This document shows positions 50,786 through 61,193 of a DNA stretch of 64,000 nucleotides, one piece after another. Location of the stretch: the NCBI GenBank assembly GCA_965230295.1, contig OZ246001.1, positions 1,152,001 through 1,216,000 of the forward strand, written 5' to 3'. The notes beneath the pieces are model-generated. The model saw only the letters and a program-made list of their open reading frames with translations, was not told where the DNA came from and did no database searches. This DNA comes from Marinicella sp. Its GTDB lineage: Bacteria; Pseudomonadota; Gammaproteobacteria; Xanthomonadales; Marinicellaceae. Made by a program: the position numbers and the translations under genes. The number at the start of each line of letters is the position of its first letter. Position 1 is the stretch's first letter.

Positions 50786-51022
50786 ATGATCAAAGCAGAA
50801 GTTGTTGAAGACATTGTTAATAAAGTTGAGCAATTCATCCCTGAAGACCTCAAAACCATGCGCCAGGATTTCACCCGAAACATGAGATCCATCCTGACAG
50901 CAACTTTACAAAAAGCCGACTTGGTCACCCGTGAAGAATTTGAAGTACAAAAGGCTGTTCTGGCCAAAACCAGGGCCAAGCTTGAAGCCCTGGAAAAACA
51001 GTTGGATCAAATCAACCCCTAA
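50786..51022 (+). CDS. ubiK: Ubiquinone biosynthesis accessory factor UbiK
   Basis: DLVTREEFEVQKAVL.KTRAKLEALE. Confidence 0.92.
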   Translation: MIKAEVVEDIVNKVEQFIPEDLKTMRQDFTRNMRSILTATLQKADLVTREEFEVQKAVLAKTRAKLEALEKQLDQINP

Positions 51023-51042
51023 CCCACCCTGAGATCTTTACC

Positions 51043-53436
51043 ATGAAAAAATCAGTTTTACTGACCGTGTTGCTGTCACTCATGTGTGCCCCAAGCCTAT
51101 GGGCCATCGACACCAAACCATTGAGCAGTATAGATAAACTACAGTATCCAGTCATCCTGAGGATCTATTTTGATGAAACCAGTCAACTACAAACGTTGTC
51201 TGACAACAGCGATGTGTGGACCATCAACCCAAGCCAAAAATTTGCTGTGGTTTATGTCACTGACTCAACCAGCATGCAAGCCATCAACCAATTGGGCATG
51301 CCGATGCGCCCAGACCTACAGTTGATGAAGCAATACGAAGCCGATTTACGCCAAATTAACCAAGCCAAACAAGGTGGTGGCATACCAGGCTTTTCATGCT
51401 ATGGAACGGTGGCTGAAACTTTTCAACGCATGGATCAAATGGTTCTTGACCACCCTGATCTGGCTGAAATTGTTGACATTGGCGACAGCTGGGAAAAAAT
51501 TCAAAACGGTGCCCAAGGCGATGATTTAAAGATCATCAAAATAACCAATCAAAACACCAACGGTGATAAACCGGTGCTTTTCATGGCCTCCTCTATTCAT
51601 GCCAGAGAATACACCACAGCGGAATTGAACACACGATTCGCCGAATACCTGTTGGATAATTACGGTACTGATGCTGATGTCACATGGATCATTGATAACC
51701 ATGAAATTCATTTGTCTTTGATCACCAACCCGGATGGTCGTCACCGGGCTCAAACTGGCATCCTGTGGCGGAAAAACGCCAACAATAATTTTTGTGCAAA
51801 CTCCAATGATCGGGGTGTAGACTTGAACCGAAACTATCCATATGAATGGGGCATTGGTGGTTCTACTTCTGCATGCAGTGAAGTATTCATCGGACCCAGC
51901 AGTGGCTCTGAACCAGAAATCATGGCCCAAATGGATTACCTCAGAACCATATTTGATGACAACCGAGGGCCTGGTGCCAATGACCCTGCACCAGCAGACA
52001 CACCCGGCATATTCGTTGACATCCACAGTTTCAGTCAGCTGGTATTGTGGCCTTGGGGTTATACCAACAACAACACCCCCAATGACAATCAGCTACAAGC
52101 ACTCGGCAAGCGCACAGCGTTCTTCAACAATTACCGCCCTCAACCGGTGAATGACCTGGTTCTGACCGGTGGCGGGTCTATTGATGCCACTTATGGAGAG
52201 TTAGGCATGGCTTCATTGGCATTCGAACTGGGCACTGCATTCTTTCAGGATTGTGCCACATTTGAAGATCGCATCTTTCCAGATAACTTACAAGCCCTGC
52301 TGTATTTAGCCAGAGTGACCCAGGCACCTTATACACAGTCACTAGGACCTGACGTTGAAGACTTGTTGGTCATACCCAATGTCATCACATCAGACACCAG
52401 CATTCAAGTCACTGGTGTGGCTGATGATGACCGTTACAACCAGACCAACGGCGCCCAGTCTACCGACTCCATACAAAGTGTTACTGCCTACATCAATGAA
52501 TTACCCATCCATGCAGTCAGCGGCCAGTCCTTGAGTCCGGTTGATGGGGCTTTTAATGAAAGCCGCGAAGCATTCAGCGGCCTGATCAACACCAACGGCT
52601 TAGCACCAGGCAAAAACCTGCTCTATGTGCAAGCCAGTGACAACGCCCAAGGCGGTGGCACATTTGCCCAGTTTATCGATGTGGTTGAACCCCAAGATGT
52701 GGCTCAACTGTCCGGTACTGTACGCAATGCACTCACAGGAGAAACCATCGAGAATGCCTTATTAACCATCAACCAATCCCAAGCTTTGTCCAGTGCCAAC
52801 GGCAGCTATGTACAGTTTGTCCAACCCGGGACAGCGGACTTGTTGGTTTCAGCCGATGAATTCGCTGACTTTACTTTGTCAGGATTGAATCTGGCTGCCA
52901 ATACACAAACCACTCAAGACATCAGCCTACAACCGTTTTGCGATCTACTGAATGACGATGTCGAGTCAGGCAACACAGGCTGGCAAGCAGAAAGTCCATG
53001 GGCCATCAGTACCGATCAAAGCACCAGCCCCACACATGCCTGGACTGACAGTCCCGGTGGCGAATACAGCAACAACATCAACATCAGCCTGACCTCACCG
53101 GTCATCGAAATATCTGATGCCGATGCTGTGGAAGTCAGCTACATGAGCCTGTGTGACACCGAAGCCACTTTTGACTTTGGCTATTTAGAAGCCCAATTTG
53201 ACAATGGCACTTGGCAAGAAATCAACCGATGTGACAACCAACCTAACTGGCAACAAGCAACACATCAGCTGGCCTTACCTGGAGGTACCCAAAATCTCAG
53301 AATCCGTTTCCGCTTAGAATCCGATGGTTTTGTTACCCAAGATGGTTGGCATGTAGATGACATCGCCATCAAGGCCTCAGGTGCTGCTTGTGGTGATGTG
53401 TTGGATGACGTGATTTTTGAAGATGATTTCGAATAA
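51043..53436 (+). CDS. Secreted M14 zinc carboxypeptidase with accessory beta domains and C-terminal DVIFEDDFE motif
   Basis: Signal peptide; HARE, NPDG, WRKN, GVDLNRN, DIHS, AFELG; CarboxypepD_reg-like and ConA-like domains. Confidence 0.92.
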   Translation: MKKSVLLTVLLSLMCAPSLWAIDTKPLSSIDKLQYPVILRIYFDETSQLQTLSDNSDVWTINPSQKFAVVYVTDSTSMQAINQLGMPMRPDLQLMKQYEADLRQINQAKQGGGIPGFSCYGTVAETFQRMDQMVLDHPDLAEIVDIGDSWEKIQNGAQGDDLKIIKITNQNTNGDKPVLFMASSIHAREYTTAELNTRFAEYLLDNYGTDADVTWIIDNHEIHLSLITNPDGRHRAQTGILWRKNANNNFCANSNDRGVDLNRNYPYEWGIGGSTSACSEVFIGPSSGSEPEIMAQMDYLRTIFDDNRGPGANDPAPADTPGIFVDIHSFSQLVLWPWGYTNNNTPNDNQLQALGKRTAFFNNYRPQPVNDLVLTGGGSIDATYGELGMASLAFELGTAFFQDCATFEDRIFPDNLQALLYLARVTQAPYTQSLGPDVEDLLVIPNVITSDTSIQVTGVADDDRYNQTNGAQSTDSIQSVTAYINELPIHAVSGQSLSPVDGAFNESREAFSGLINTNGLAPGKNLLYVQASDNAQGGGTFAQFIDVVEPQDVAQLSGTVRNALTGETIENALLTINQSQALSSANGSYVQFVQPGTADLLVSADEFADFTLSGLNLAANTQTTQDISLQPFCDLLNDDVESGNTGWQAESPWAISTDQSTSPTHAWTDSPGGEYSNNINISLTSPVIEISDADAVEVSYMSLCDTEATFDFGYLEAQFDNGTWQEINRCDNQPNWQQATHQLALPGGTQNLRIRFRLESDGFVTQDGWHVDDIAIKASGAACGDVLDDVIFEDDFE

Positions 53437-53498
53437 AGCACTGATTTTGACAATATAATGCAGATAATGGGTGGTTTATCTCTCTGACTTCGGGTAAA

Positions 53499-53552
53499 GT
53501 ACGCGTCCCGCTGATGCAGCGGATGATTTAGGGTCTTATACCCACAGCGTGC
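53499..53552 (+). ncRNA. Candidate structured 5' leader (three-way junction) of the DEAD-box helicase
   Basis: GTACGC/GCGTGC enclosing CCGCTG/CAGCGG and GGGT/ACCC hairpins; GC-rich patch in the 5' UTR. Confidence 0.4.
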
Positions 53553-53682
53553 GCGAAACAGCAATCCAATGAAGTTTTCCTGATATTTGTCGCACAACAT
53601 AAAAAAACGTGCAGACATGGCCAAAGAAAAGCCTTGTCTTTTGGGGCTTTAAAACCAGCCCCAAACAAAATCAGAGAATACC

Positions 53683-55374
53683 ATGAAATTCACCGAACTC
53701 GGTTTGTCCAAGTCGCTGCAACAAGCTGTGGCTGACCAGGGCTATGACACCCCTTCACCCATTCAGGCACAAGCCATTCCCGCAGTTTTATCTGGCAAGG
53801 ACGTGATGGCAGCCGCCCAAACCGGCACGGGTAAAACTGCTGGCTTCACTCTACCCATCCTGGAAAACCTGAGCAAAGGCAGAAGCGCAAAATTCAACAG
53901 TGCCCGTGCTTTGATCCTGACACCCACTCGTGAACTGGCCGCTCAAGTAGAAGCCAGTGTTAAAACTTACGGCAAACACATGAATTTACGTTCAGCGGTG
54001 GTTTTTGGTGGCGTTAAAATCAATCCACAAATGCAAAAATTACGCCGCGGCGTCGATGTCTTGGTGGCCACTCCAGGTCGGTTGTTGGACTTATACAATC
54101 AAAATGCGGTGCGCTTTGATGACCTGGAAGTGTTGGTACTTGACGAAGCAGACCGCATGCTAGACATGGGCTTCATTCACGACATCAAACGCATCATTCA
54201 CTTGTTACCCAACAAACGACAAAACCTGATGTTTTCAGCCACTTTCTCAACAGAGATCCGACAACTGGCAAAAACCATCACCAAGCACCCGGTGGAAATT
54301 TCAGTTTCTCCGAAACAAACCACTGCTGAAAAAGTGGCACAAAAAATGCACCCGGTTGACAAAAAACGCAAAAAGGAATTGCTGTTACATTTGGTGGCTG
54401 ATGGCCAATGGCAACAAGTATTGGTATTTTGTCGCACCAAACATGGCTCCAACAAACTGTCAGATTATCTGAATAAATTTGGCGTCACATCTTTGGCCAT
54501 CCATGGCAACAAAAGTCAAGGTGCCAGAACCCGTGCCTTGGCCGAATTCAAACAAGGCAAAGTGCGTGTGTTGGTGGCAACCGACATAGCTGCTCGCGGC
54601 ATTGACATTGACTTATTGCCACATGTGGTGAATTTTGATTTACCGAATGTACCGGAAGATTATGTGCATCGCATCGGCCGCACTGGCCGTGCTGGTGCTG
54701 AAGGTGAAGCCGTTTCGTTGGTCAGCGCCGATGAGTTTGTTCAATTATTCGATATTGAAAAATTATTGGGCCACCCTTTGAAACGTGAATTTGTTGATGA
54801 CTTTGAACCCATTCATGATGTACCTGAGTCCAAACAAGCCATGCGTGGTCAATATGCCAGCAAACCCAAAAGACCCAAGGCATACAAACCTGCCGCCAAG
54901 GCTAAAAACCGCAGATCCCCCAATCATGGCCACAATGGCAACCACAATGCATCTCTAGAACCACAAGGGCTGCGCAAGAAAAAACCCAAAAAGCCCAAAA
55001 CAAGACCATTTGTTAAAGCATCTGTCAAAGCAAAGTGGGCCAACCGTTCAGAAGAAGAAAATCAAGCGGCTTTTGCAAGGAGCCAAATGGCCAAAGAAGG
55101 CCAAGGCAAAAAAGCCCACAACCCATGGCAAAAAGATGAAGAAGATCGTGGCAACAAAAAATCATCGGCCAAAGGCAAAAATAACCACAAGAAGCGATTC
55201 AAGAAACGCAACGGCTCTGGCAAACCAGCGACTGAAGAACGCCATTCAAGAAGTGGGTACCAAGGAAAGAAAAATAACAAAAAACACGGCAGACCCAGTG
55301 GCCAGGGTTCAGGCAACAGCAGGTCAGCTCAATCACGATCTGCCCGTAACCGAACAGGCGGCCACAGAAAATAA
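53683..55374 (+). CDS. rhlE: DEAD-box RNA helicase (RhlE-like) with long basic C-terminal tail
   Basis: [31 protein letters not shown]; ~190 aa K/R/G/N/S-rich tail. Confidence 0.9.
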   Translation: MKFTELGLSKSLQQAVADQGYDTPSPIQAQAIPAVLSGKDVMAAAQTGTGKTAGFTLPILENLSKGRSAKFNSARALILTPTRELAAQVEASVKTYGKHMNLRSAVVFGGVKINPQMQKLRRGVDVLVATPGRLLDLYNQNAVRFDDLEVLVLDEADRMLDMGFIHDIKRIIHLLPNKRQNLMFSATFSTEIRQLAKTITKHPVEISVSPKQTTAEKVAQKMHPVDKKRKKELLLHLVADGQWQQVLVFCRTKHGSNKLSDYLNKFGVTSLAIHGNKSQGARTRALAEFKQGKVRVLVATDIAARGIDIDLLPHVVNFDLPNVPEDYVHRIGRTGRAGAEGEAVSLVSADEFVQLFDIEKLLGHPLKREFVDDFEPIHDVPESKQAMRGQYASKPKRPKAYKPAAKAKNRRSPNHGHNGNHNASLEPQGLRKKKPKKPKTRPFVKASVKAKWANRSEEENQAAFARSQMAKEGQGKKAHNPWQKDEEDRGNKKSSAKGKNNHKKRFKKRNGSGKPATEERHSRSGYQGKKNNKKHGRPSGQGSGNSRSAQSRSARNRTGGHRK

Positions 55375-55850
55375 TGAAGATCGGTGTTTTTGTTGATGTG
55401 CAAAACATCTATTACACCACCCGTGATGTTTATGGTCGGGCTTTCAACTACCGAGCCTTTTGGCAGCACTTGTCCCAACAAGGTGACATCACCACAGCCA
55501 ATGCCTATGCCATCAATCGGAACATGGATGATCAGAAAAAATTCCAAAGTGCCCTCAGGCACATTGGCTTTGAAGTCAAACTCAAGCCTTACATACAACG
55601 CAGTGATGGTTCAGCAAAAGGAGATTGGGATGTCGGCATCACCATTGACATCATGGAAGCAGCAGCCAGCTTGGATCAAATAGTGTTGTTATCAGGCGAT
55701 GGTGATTTTGCCATCTTGTTAAAACATGTGATGAAAAAATTTACGGTAAAAACCCACGTCATTGGAGTGCCCCAATTAACCGCAGATGCCTTGATCAATG
55801 CAGCCACTGAATTCACACCCATCAGAACAGCCTGGTTGCTGTACCACTGA
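55374..55850 (+). CDS. NYN domain protein (LabA/DUF88, PIN-like)
   Basis: VFVDVQNIYY, KGDWDVGITID, LLSGDGDF. Confidence 0.92.
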   Translation: MKIGVFVDVQNIYYTTRDVYGRAFNYRAFWQHLSQQGDITTANAYAINRNMDDQKKFQSALRHIGFEVKLKPYIQRSDGSAKGDWDVGITIDIMEAAASLDQIVLLSGDGDFAILLKHVMKKFTVKTHVIGVPQLTADALINAATEFTPIRTAWLLYH

Positions 55851-56267
55851 TTAAACACCCCTCACTCCTCCATCAGCAGCCAGTTGGCTTCAATGCCTCT
55901 GCTGGCACACAATAAATACATAACTGAACATTTGAATCAGGAAATAAATGGCGAAATTATTTTTTCGGGAAACTTTTTGAAAATATTTTTTAAAAAGTTT
56001 CCAAAAAGTGTAGCTTTAACCAAATAATGTGCTATATTTGCTTACCAAGAAAAAACAACAACCAAATTCACATGTTTATTTGCTAAAGTATTGATATATA
56101 TACTTTTCATTGATTAAAAAATATCTCATGCGTGCAACCAATACCGGATAAACCATTGAGATAAAATAAATTTTCAATAAAGCTGATATTTATTTTTTTG
56201 ACAATCGAAATAAACATTTTCTTTGTTGTTTCATATTTTTTAGCATCACGGTCATCGGGGACAACAC

Positions 56268-58808
56268 ATGCAAGCAACACAAATATCAGGTATTGGTCAA
56301 GTATTCACCCAAGATGAAGCCTACCAAACGGCTTTGGAATACTTCAAAGGGGATGACTTAGCTGCCAGGGTCTGGGTCAATAAATATGCGCTTAAAGATT
56401 CAGAGGGTCATGTCTATGAACAAACACCTGATGACATGCACCAACGATTGGCAGCAGAAATTGCGCGGATAGAAAAAAAATACCCCAACCCACTGTCTCA
56501 AGCAGATGTTTTTGCACTGATTCAAAACTTTAAATATTTGGTTCCACAAGGCGGACCCATGACCGGTATTGGCAATCCTCATCAAATTGCCTCGCTGTCG
56601 AATTGTTTTGTGATAGGTAATGAAGGCGCTTCAGACTCCTATGGTGGCATCATGAAGATTGACCAAGAGCAGGTTCAACTGATGAAACGCCGAGGCGGTG
56701 TTGGCCATGATTTATCTCATGTCCGTCCTCGAGGATCAGCGGTAAAGAATTCGGCATTGACGTCCACCGGAATCGTACCTTTTATGGAACGCTATTCCAA
56801 CTCGACCAGAGAGGTGGCGCAAGACGGTCGACGGGGTGCTTTGATGCTGTCAGTATCAATCAACCACCCGGATGCGGAAGACTTCATTGATGCCAAAATG
56901 GAACAAGGTAAAGTCACTGGAGCCAATGTTTCGGTTCGCATCGACGATGCATTCATGCAAGCTGTGACCAACAACAAAGAATACGTACAGAAATACCCTA
57001 TTTTCAGTGACAACCCGCAATTCACCCAGAGTATCAAAGCCAAAAAACTGTGGAAGAAAATCATTCACAATGCGTGGCAATCAGCTGAACCAGGCATTTT
57101 ATTCTGGGACACCATCAGCAGAGAATCGGTTCCGGATTGTTATGCGGATTTGGGCTATAAAACAGTTTCTACCAACCCATGTGGTGAAATCCCACTGTGC
57201 CCTTATGATTCTTGCCGTTTATTGGCGATCAATTTATTTTCCTATGTAGACAAACCCTTTACTGAAGATGCAGCTTTCAACCATACATTGTTCAAAGATC
57301 ATGTGGCCAAAGCCCAGCGCTTGATGGATGACATCATCGATCTCGAACTGGAGAAAATAGACCAAATTCTGGCCAAAATCGATGCCGATCCAGAAGGTGA
57401 TGAAGTCAAACGCACCGAGAAAAACTTGTGGCTCAACATCCGCAAAAAAGCCGAAGAAGGTCGACGAACCGGCATTGGCATCACCGCTGAAGGTGACATG
57501 CTTGCCGCACTGGGCATTCGTTATGGCAGTCAGGTAGGCAATGAGTTTTCGGAAGAGATTCATAAAATCATTGCCGTTGAAACATACCGCGCTTCGGTAG
57601 AAATGGCCAAAGAACGAGGCCCCTTCAGTATCTATGACAGTGCACGCGAACAAGACAACCCATTCATTCAACGACTGAAAGAAGCAGATGCCAGCTTGTA
57701 TGAAGCCATGGTCAAACATGGTCGACGCAACATTGCCTTATTGACCATTGCGCCCACTGGCACCACCAGTTTGATGACCCAAACCACTTCAGGAATTGAA
57801 CCGGTATTCTTACCGGTATACAAAAGACGCCGGAAAGTGAACCCCAACGACAAAGGTGCACGGGTTGATTTTGTCGATGAAGTGGGCGATTCATGGGAAG
57901 AATACACTGTTTTTCATCACCGCTTTAAACAGTGGATGGAAACCAACAACCATGACACTGAAAAGAATTACAGTGAAAAAGAACTCAAGGCATTGATAAA
58001 AAAATCACCTTACCACAAAGCCACTTCCAATGATGTGGATTGGCTGAGCAAGGTGCGCATGCAAGGTGCGGTGCAAAAGTGGGTGGATCACAGCATCAGT
58101 GTCACCATCAACTTACCTGAAGATGTCACTGAAAATCTGGTCGGCAGGCTTTATTTAGAGGCCTGGCGAGTCGGCTGCAAAGGCGTCACGGTTTATCGCG
58201 ATGGCTCACGATCGGGGGTCTTGGTTTCAAATGAAGAGAAATCTGAAGAACTGGTCGACTTTCCCACCATCAGACCCGAAGTACTGGATGCCGAGGTGGT
58301 GAGGTTTCACAACAACAAAGAAAAATGGATTGCCTTTGTCGGCACCATCAATGGCAAACCGTATGAAATTTTCACCGGTTTGGCCGACGATGAAGACGGC
58401 ATCTTTCTACCTCGTTCAGTACAGACAGGCTTGATCATCAAGAGTTTTATGGAAGATGGTTCTTCGCGCTATGACTTTCAATTCACCAATAAGCGTGGTT
58501 ACAAAACCACCATCGAAGGGCTGTCACACAAATTCAATCCTGAATACTGGAATTATGCCAAGCTGATTTCCAGTACCCTCAGACATGGCATGCCCATTGA
58601 AAAAGTGGTGGAGTTGATCAACAGCTTACAATTAGACAGTGAGTCGATCAATACCTGGAAGAATGGTGTTACCCGGGCTTTGAAAAAGTACATTGAAGAT
58701 GGCACCAAAGTCGGCAAAGGCACCTGTGATAATTGTCAATCCACTGACCTGGTTTACCAAGAAGGCTGTTTGACTTGCAACAGTTGCGGCTCTTCCAAGT
58801 GTGGATAA
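56268..58808 (+). CDS. nrdJ: Adenosylcobalamin-dependent class II ribonucleotide reductase
   Basis: SNCFV, GRRGALM, TNPCGEIPL, IAPTGT, KG.TVYRDGSR, C-terminal Zn ribbon CGSSKCG. Confidence 0.95.
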   Translation: MQATQISGIGQVFTQDEAYQTALEYFKGDDLAARVWVNKYALKDSEGHVYEQTPDDMHQRLAAEIARIEKKYPNPLSQADVFALIQNFKYLVPQGGPMTGIGNPHQIASLSNCFVIGNEGASDSYGGIMKIDQEQVQLMKRRGGVGHDLSHVRPRGSAVKNSALTSTGIVPFMERYSNSTREVAQDGRRGALMLSVSINHPDAEDFIDAKMEQGKVTGANVSVRIDDAFMQAVTNNKEYVQKYPIFSDNPQFTQSIKAKKLWKKIIHNAWQSAEPGILFWDTISRESVPDCYADLGYKTVSTNPCGEIPLCPYDSCRLLAINLFSYVDKPFTEDAAFNHTLFKDHVAKAQRLMDDIIDLELEKIDQILAKIDADPEGDEVKRTEKNLWLNIRKKAEEGRRTGIGITAEGDMLAALGIRYGSQVGNEFSEEIHKIIAVETYRASVEMAKERGPFSIYDSAREQDNPFIQRLKEADASLYEAMVKHGRRNIALLTIAPTGTTSLMTQTTSGIEPVFLPVYKRRRKVNPNDKGARVDFVDEVGDSWEEYTVFHHRFKQWMETNNHDTEKNYSEKELKALIKKSPYHKATSNDVDWLSKVRMQGAVQKWVDHSISVTINLPEDVTENLVGRLYLEAWRVGCKGVTVYRDGSRSGVLVSNEEKSEELVDFPTIRPEVLDAEVVRFHNNKEKWIAFVGTINGKPYEIFTGLADDEDGIFLPRSVQTGLIIKSFMEDGSSRYDFQFTNKRGYKTTIEGLSHKFNPEYWNYAKLISSTLRHGMPIEKVVELINSLQLDSESINTWKNGVTRALKKYIEDGTKVGKGTCDNCQSTDLVYQEGCLTCNSCGSSKCG

Positions 58809-58824
58809 TCAAAACCAACAATCG

Positions 58825-58858
58825 ATAAAAAAAGCACCGGTAAAGGTGCTTTTTTTAT
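58825..58858. terminator. Bidirectional intrinsic terminator after nrdJ
   Basis: ATAAAAAAAGCACC-GGTAAA-GGTGCTTTTTTTAT. Confidence 0.9.
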
Positions 58859-58867
58859 GGTCAAAAT

Positions 58868-59018
58868 AGTGAATGTCCTTGGGACTTCATTCACTTTTGT
58901 TCCTGACAAAAGCGAAAGCGGCCTCGGCGGACATGGCTTACTACTTCGGGCCTGCACTCTCTGACTCAGGAGGGCTTCGCCAACCGAGTGCGCCGGTCGA
59001 ACTGTCCGACAGCTCTCC
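58868..59018. repeat. Bipartite hairpin repeat element, full copy B
   Basis: Starts AGTGAATGTCCTTGGGACTTCATTCACTT, ends GGTCGAACTGT-CCG-ACAGCTCTCC; GC-rich. Confidence 0.7.
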
Positions 59019-59022
59019 GATT

Positions 59023-59442
59023 TCAACTGAAATGAATCAGATACAAAGCCACCGAAAAACACATGAATGAAATGATTGCACCAATGAGCGGTAATGAAAA
59101 CCAGTATTTTTTAGCGAGGATGGCATAACACAGTGCCATGAAGGGCAGCAGTGCCACCAACCAAATGTTCAACTGTAACACCTCGAAATGGCCAATGATC
59201 AATGGCACGTAAATAAAAGGCACCCAAATCACCCCCAAGGCATGACTGTAGTTGAAACCGATCCATGCTTTCCACAAGTTGGTGTTTTTGCTGATTTGAG
59301 GCACAGCATTTTGCATTGACTTAACCACTTCTTTGTCGATGGCATCAAATTTATGGGTGGCAAAAACATAAATAAAGTGCCACGCAGCAATGACGCCAAA
59401 GATGGCACAGCCAATAATCAGCAACATTTGTGCCAACGTCAT
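59023..59442 (-). CDS. Membrane protein, paralog 2 (LIC_13387-like)
   Basis: HFIY...KF, W.AW.GFNYSH..G, YWF..PL; paralogous to 59579-59992. Confidence 0.8.
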   Translation of the reverse strand: MTLAQMLLIIGCAIFGVIAAWHFIYVFATHKFDAIDKEVVKSMQNAVPQISKNTNLWKAWIGFNYSHALGVIWVPFIYVPLIIGHFEVLQLNIWLVALLPFMALCYAILAKKYWFSLPLIGAIISFMCFSVALYLIHFS

Positions 59443-59578
59443 TTGGCACCTATTTGAACAGCTTGCATGATATTCTACTCAAGTCAACAAGTTGACATCC
59501 AATTTAGGCCAGCCCAATTGGATGGTTTACTTAAACAAATATCATAACATGATCACCGAACTCTGCAAATTGCCTTGA

Positions 59579-59992
59579 TCACATGTGCATTTGGTAAAAG
59601 GCCACTACAAAACACAGCAGTGATACCAAAGAACCCAGCAATGGGATTTTAAACCAATACAATTTGGCCAAAACGGCATAAGCCAAGGCCATCATTGGTA
59701 ACAACAATGCCAAGAACATGCTATTTTGTAACACCGATATGTGATTGATGGCCAATGGTATGAAAATCAGTGGTATCCACAACACCCCGATTGAATGGCT
59801 GTAATTAAACCCCACCCAGGCTCTCCACATGGTGGTCTCTTTGGTTAAGACAGGTGTGGTTTGTTGCATGGCTGTGGTGACTTTACCGTCGTAAGCATTG
59901 AACTTGTTGGTGGATATAACATAGATGAAATGAACCAAACCCAAAACTCCGATCACCACAGATCCAATGATGATTAACAGTTGTGCTGACAT
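59579..59992 (-). CDS. Membrane protein, paralog 1 (LIC_13387-like)
   Basis: Same motifs as 59023-59442. Confidence 0.8.
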   Translation of the reverse strand: MSAQLLIIIGSVVIGVLGLVHFIYVISTNKFNAYDGKVTTAMQQTTPVLTKETTMWRAWVGFNYSHSIGVLWIPLIFIPLAINHISVLQNSMFLALLLPMMALAYAVLAKLYWFKIPLLGSLVSLLCFVVAFYQMHM

Positions 59993-60016
59993 GAAAATAC
60001 CCCTAATTGATGTTTA

Positions 60017-60502
60017 TTATTTAAACTGTTGACCAGTCATCTGACCGATGTAAACCGGCTTATAATCAACGATTTCAAATTCTCGAATGTTGGCCATATC
60101 ACGCCACATCATGGCATGCCCCTTGGTGTACTTAAAAACACTGACTCGACGTTTAAATTTCAGTGCTTCTGCTTCAGAAGCTTCTCTTAACTGTCCCAAC
60201 TTCACCACCAGGCGCATAGCTGGTGGTGATATAAATTGCCCCCTAAGCAAAGCTTTCAGCCAAAACCACCTACCTGCATCAACCGCCATAATAGTTGCAT
60301 ATTCACAGTGGTCAGCATTGGCAGGAATTTGCTTGGTGAATTTCTGAAAAAACCACCCTGAATTTTTATCTTTTAAAACAACACTGCCGATTGGCGACAC
60401 ATGAGGCTGGCCTGCGGCATTGACTGTAGACACAGAACAGAACATGGCTTGTGAGAACAAAGGCCTGATTTTTTCATTAAACAAGCGATCATCAATTTGC
60501 AT
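60017..60502 (-). CDS. Pyridoxamine 5'-phosphate oxidase-like (split barrel) protein
   Basis: SVSTVN..GQPHVSPIGS. Confidence 0.8.
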   Translation of the reverse strand: MQIDDRLFNEKIRPLFSQAMFCSVSTVNAAGQPHVSPIGSVVLKDKNSGWFFQKFTKQIPANADHCEYATIMAVDAGRWFWLKALLRGQFISPPAMRLVVKLGQLREASEAEALKFKRRVSVFKYTKGHAMMWRDMANIREFEIVDYKPVYIGQMTGQQFK

Positions 60503-60522
60503 TACTTTCTCCTGATTAAAAA

Positions 60523-60575
60523 AACATACCTTGTGGTATGTTGGACTGATAATGTAACATACCTTGAGGTATGCT
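60523..60575. promoter_or_regulatory. Tandem palindromic TetR operators
   Basis: AACATACC-TTGT-GGTATGTT (60523-60542) and AACATACC-TTGA-GGTATGCT (60556-60575) in the divergent intergenic region. Confidence 0.8.
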
Positions 60576-60646
60576 GCAAGGTATTTTGATCAGAATCACT
60601 GCAAAGAAAAACAGCGAATTGAAACCAATAACAGGACCAGAGAATC

Positions 60647-61183
60647 ATGACAAACGACAACAACAGCCAGCTGGCCTGGCTAAAAATGGGCATCCAAACA
60701 TTGGATACAGTGGGCTGGCGTGCGCTGAAAATCAATGAGCTGTGCCAACAGTTGAAGGTCACCAAAGGCAGTTTCTATCACTGGTTTACATCCAAACGAG
60801 ATTATGAAATGCAGGTTTTAAACTATTGGAAACTCAGATTCACACAAGGGTTTATTGAGCAAGCAGAATCTGGCAAAACCAGTCAGGAAAAGCTTTCATT
60901 GCTGGGTCGCCAAATCATTCAAGGTTGCATCGATGGCAACCGTTTGGAAATTGAAATCAATGCCTGGTCCACCCAAGATGATGAGGTCAAGACTTTTGTC
61001 ACTTCGGTCTATGAACAGCGATACGAGTACTTGATCAAGTTACTCAGTGATATTTATGATGACCCTGTTGAAGTTAAAAAGCATGGCCTCATCTTATACT
61101 CCCTGGTGGTCGGCATAGATTTCTTCTACCGCCAATTAGACCCACATGAACTGGAACTGGTTTTTTCTGATTACCTACAATAA
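60647..61183 (+). CDS. TetR/AcrR family regulator
   Basis: W...G...L...G...LKI..L...L.VTKGSFYHWF. Confidence 0.93.
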   Translation: MTNDNNSQLAWLKMGIQTLDTVGWRALKINELCQQLKVTKGSFYHWFTSKRDYEMQVLNYWKLRFTQGFIEQAESGKTSQEKLSLLGRQIIQGCIDGNRLEIEINAWSTQDDEVKTFVTSVYEQRYEYLIKLLSDIYDDPVEVKKHGLILYSLVVGIDFFYRQLDPHELELVFSDYLQ

Positions 61184-61193
61184 ATTGTGTCTA

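Noticed and set aside
53508-53560. CTGATG...GAAAC resembling a hammerhead ribozyme core
   Set aside because: The core reads CUGAUGC rather than CUGANGA and is buried in its own stem; the required three-stem geometry is absent
55851-56267. Cobalamin riboswitch or NrdR boxes upstream of nrdJ
   Set aside because: No B12-box motifs, the region is too AT-rich, and there is no convincing ACACWATATATTGTGT-like match
58754-59070. ORFs 58754-59062 (-) and 58873-59070 (+)
   Set aside because: They span a terminator and the GC-rich repeat element; no coding signature
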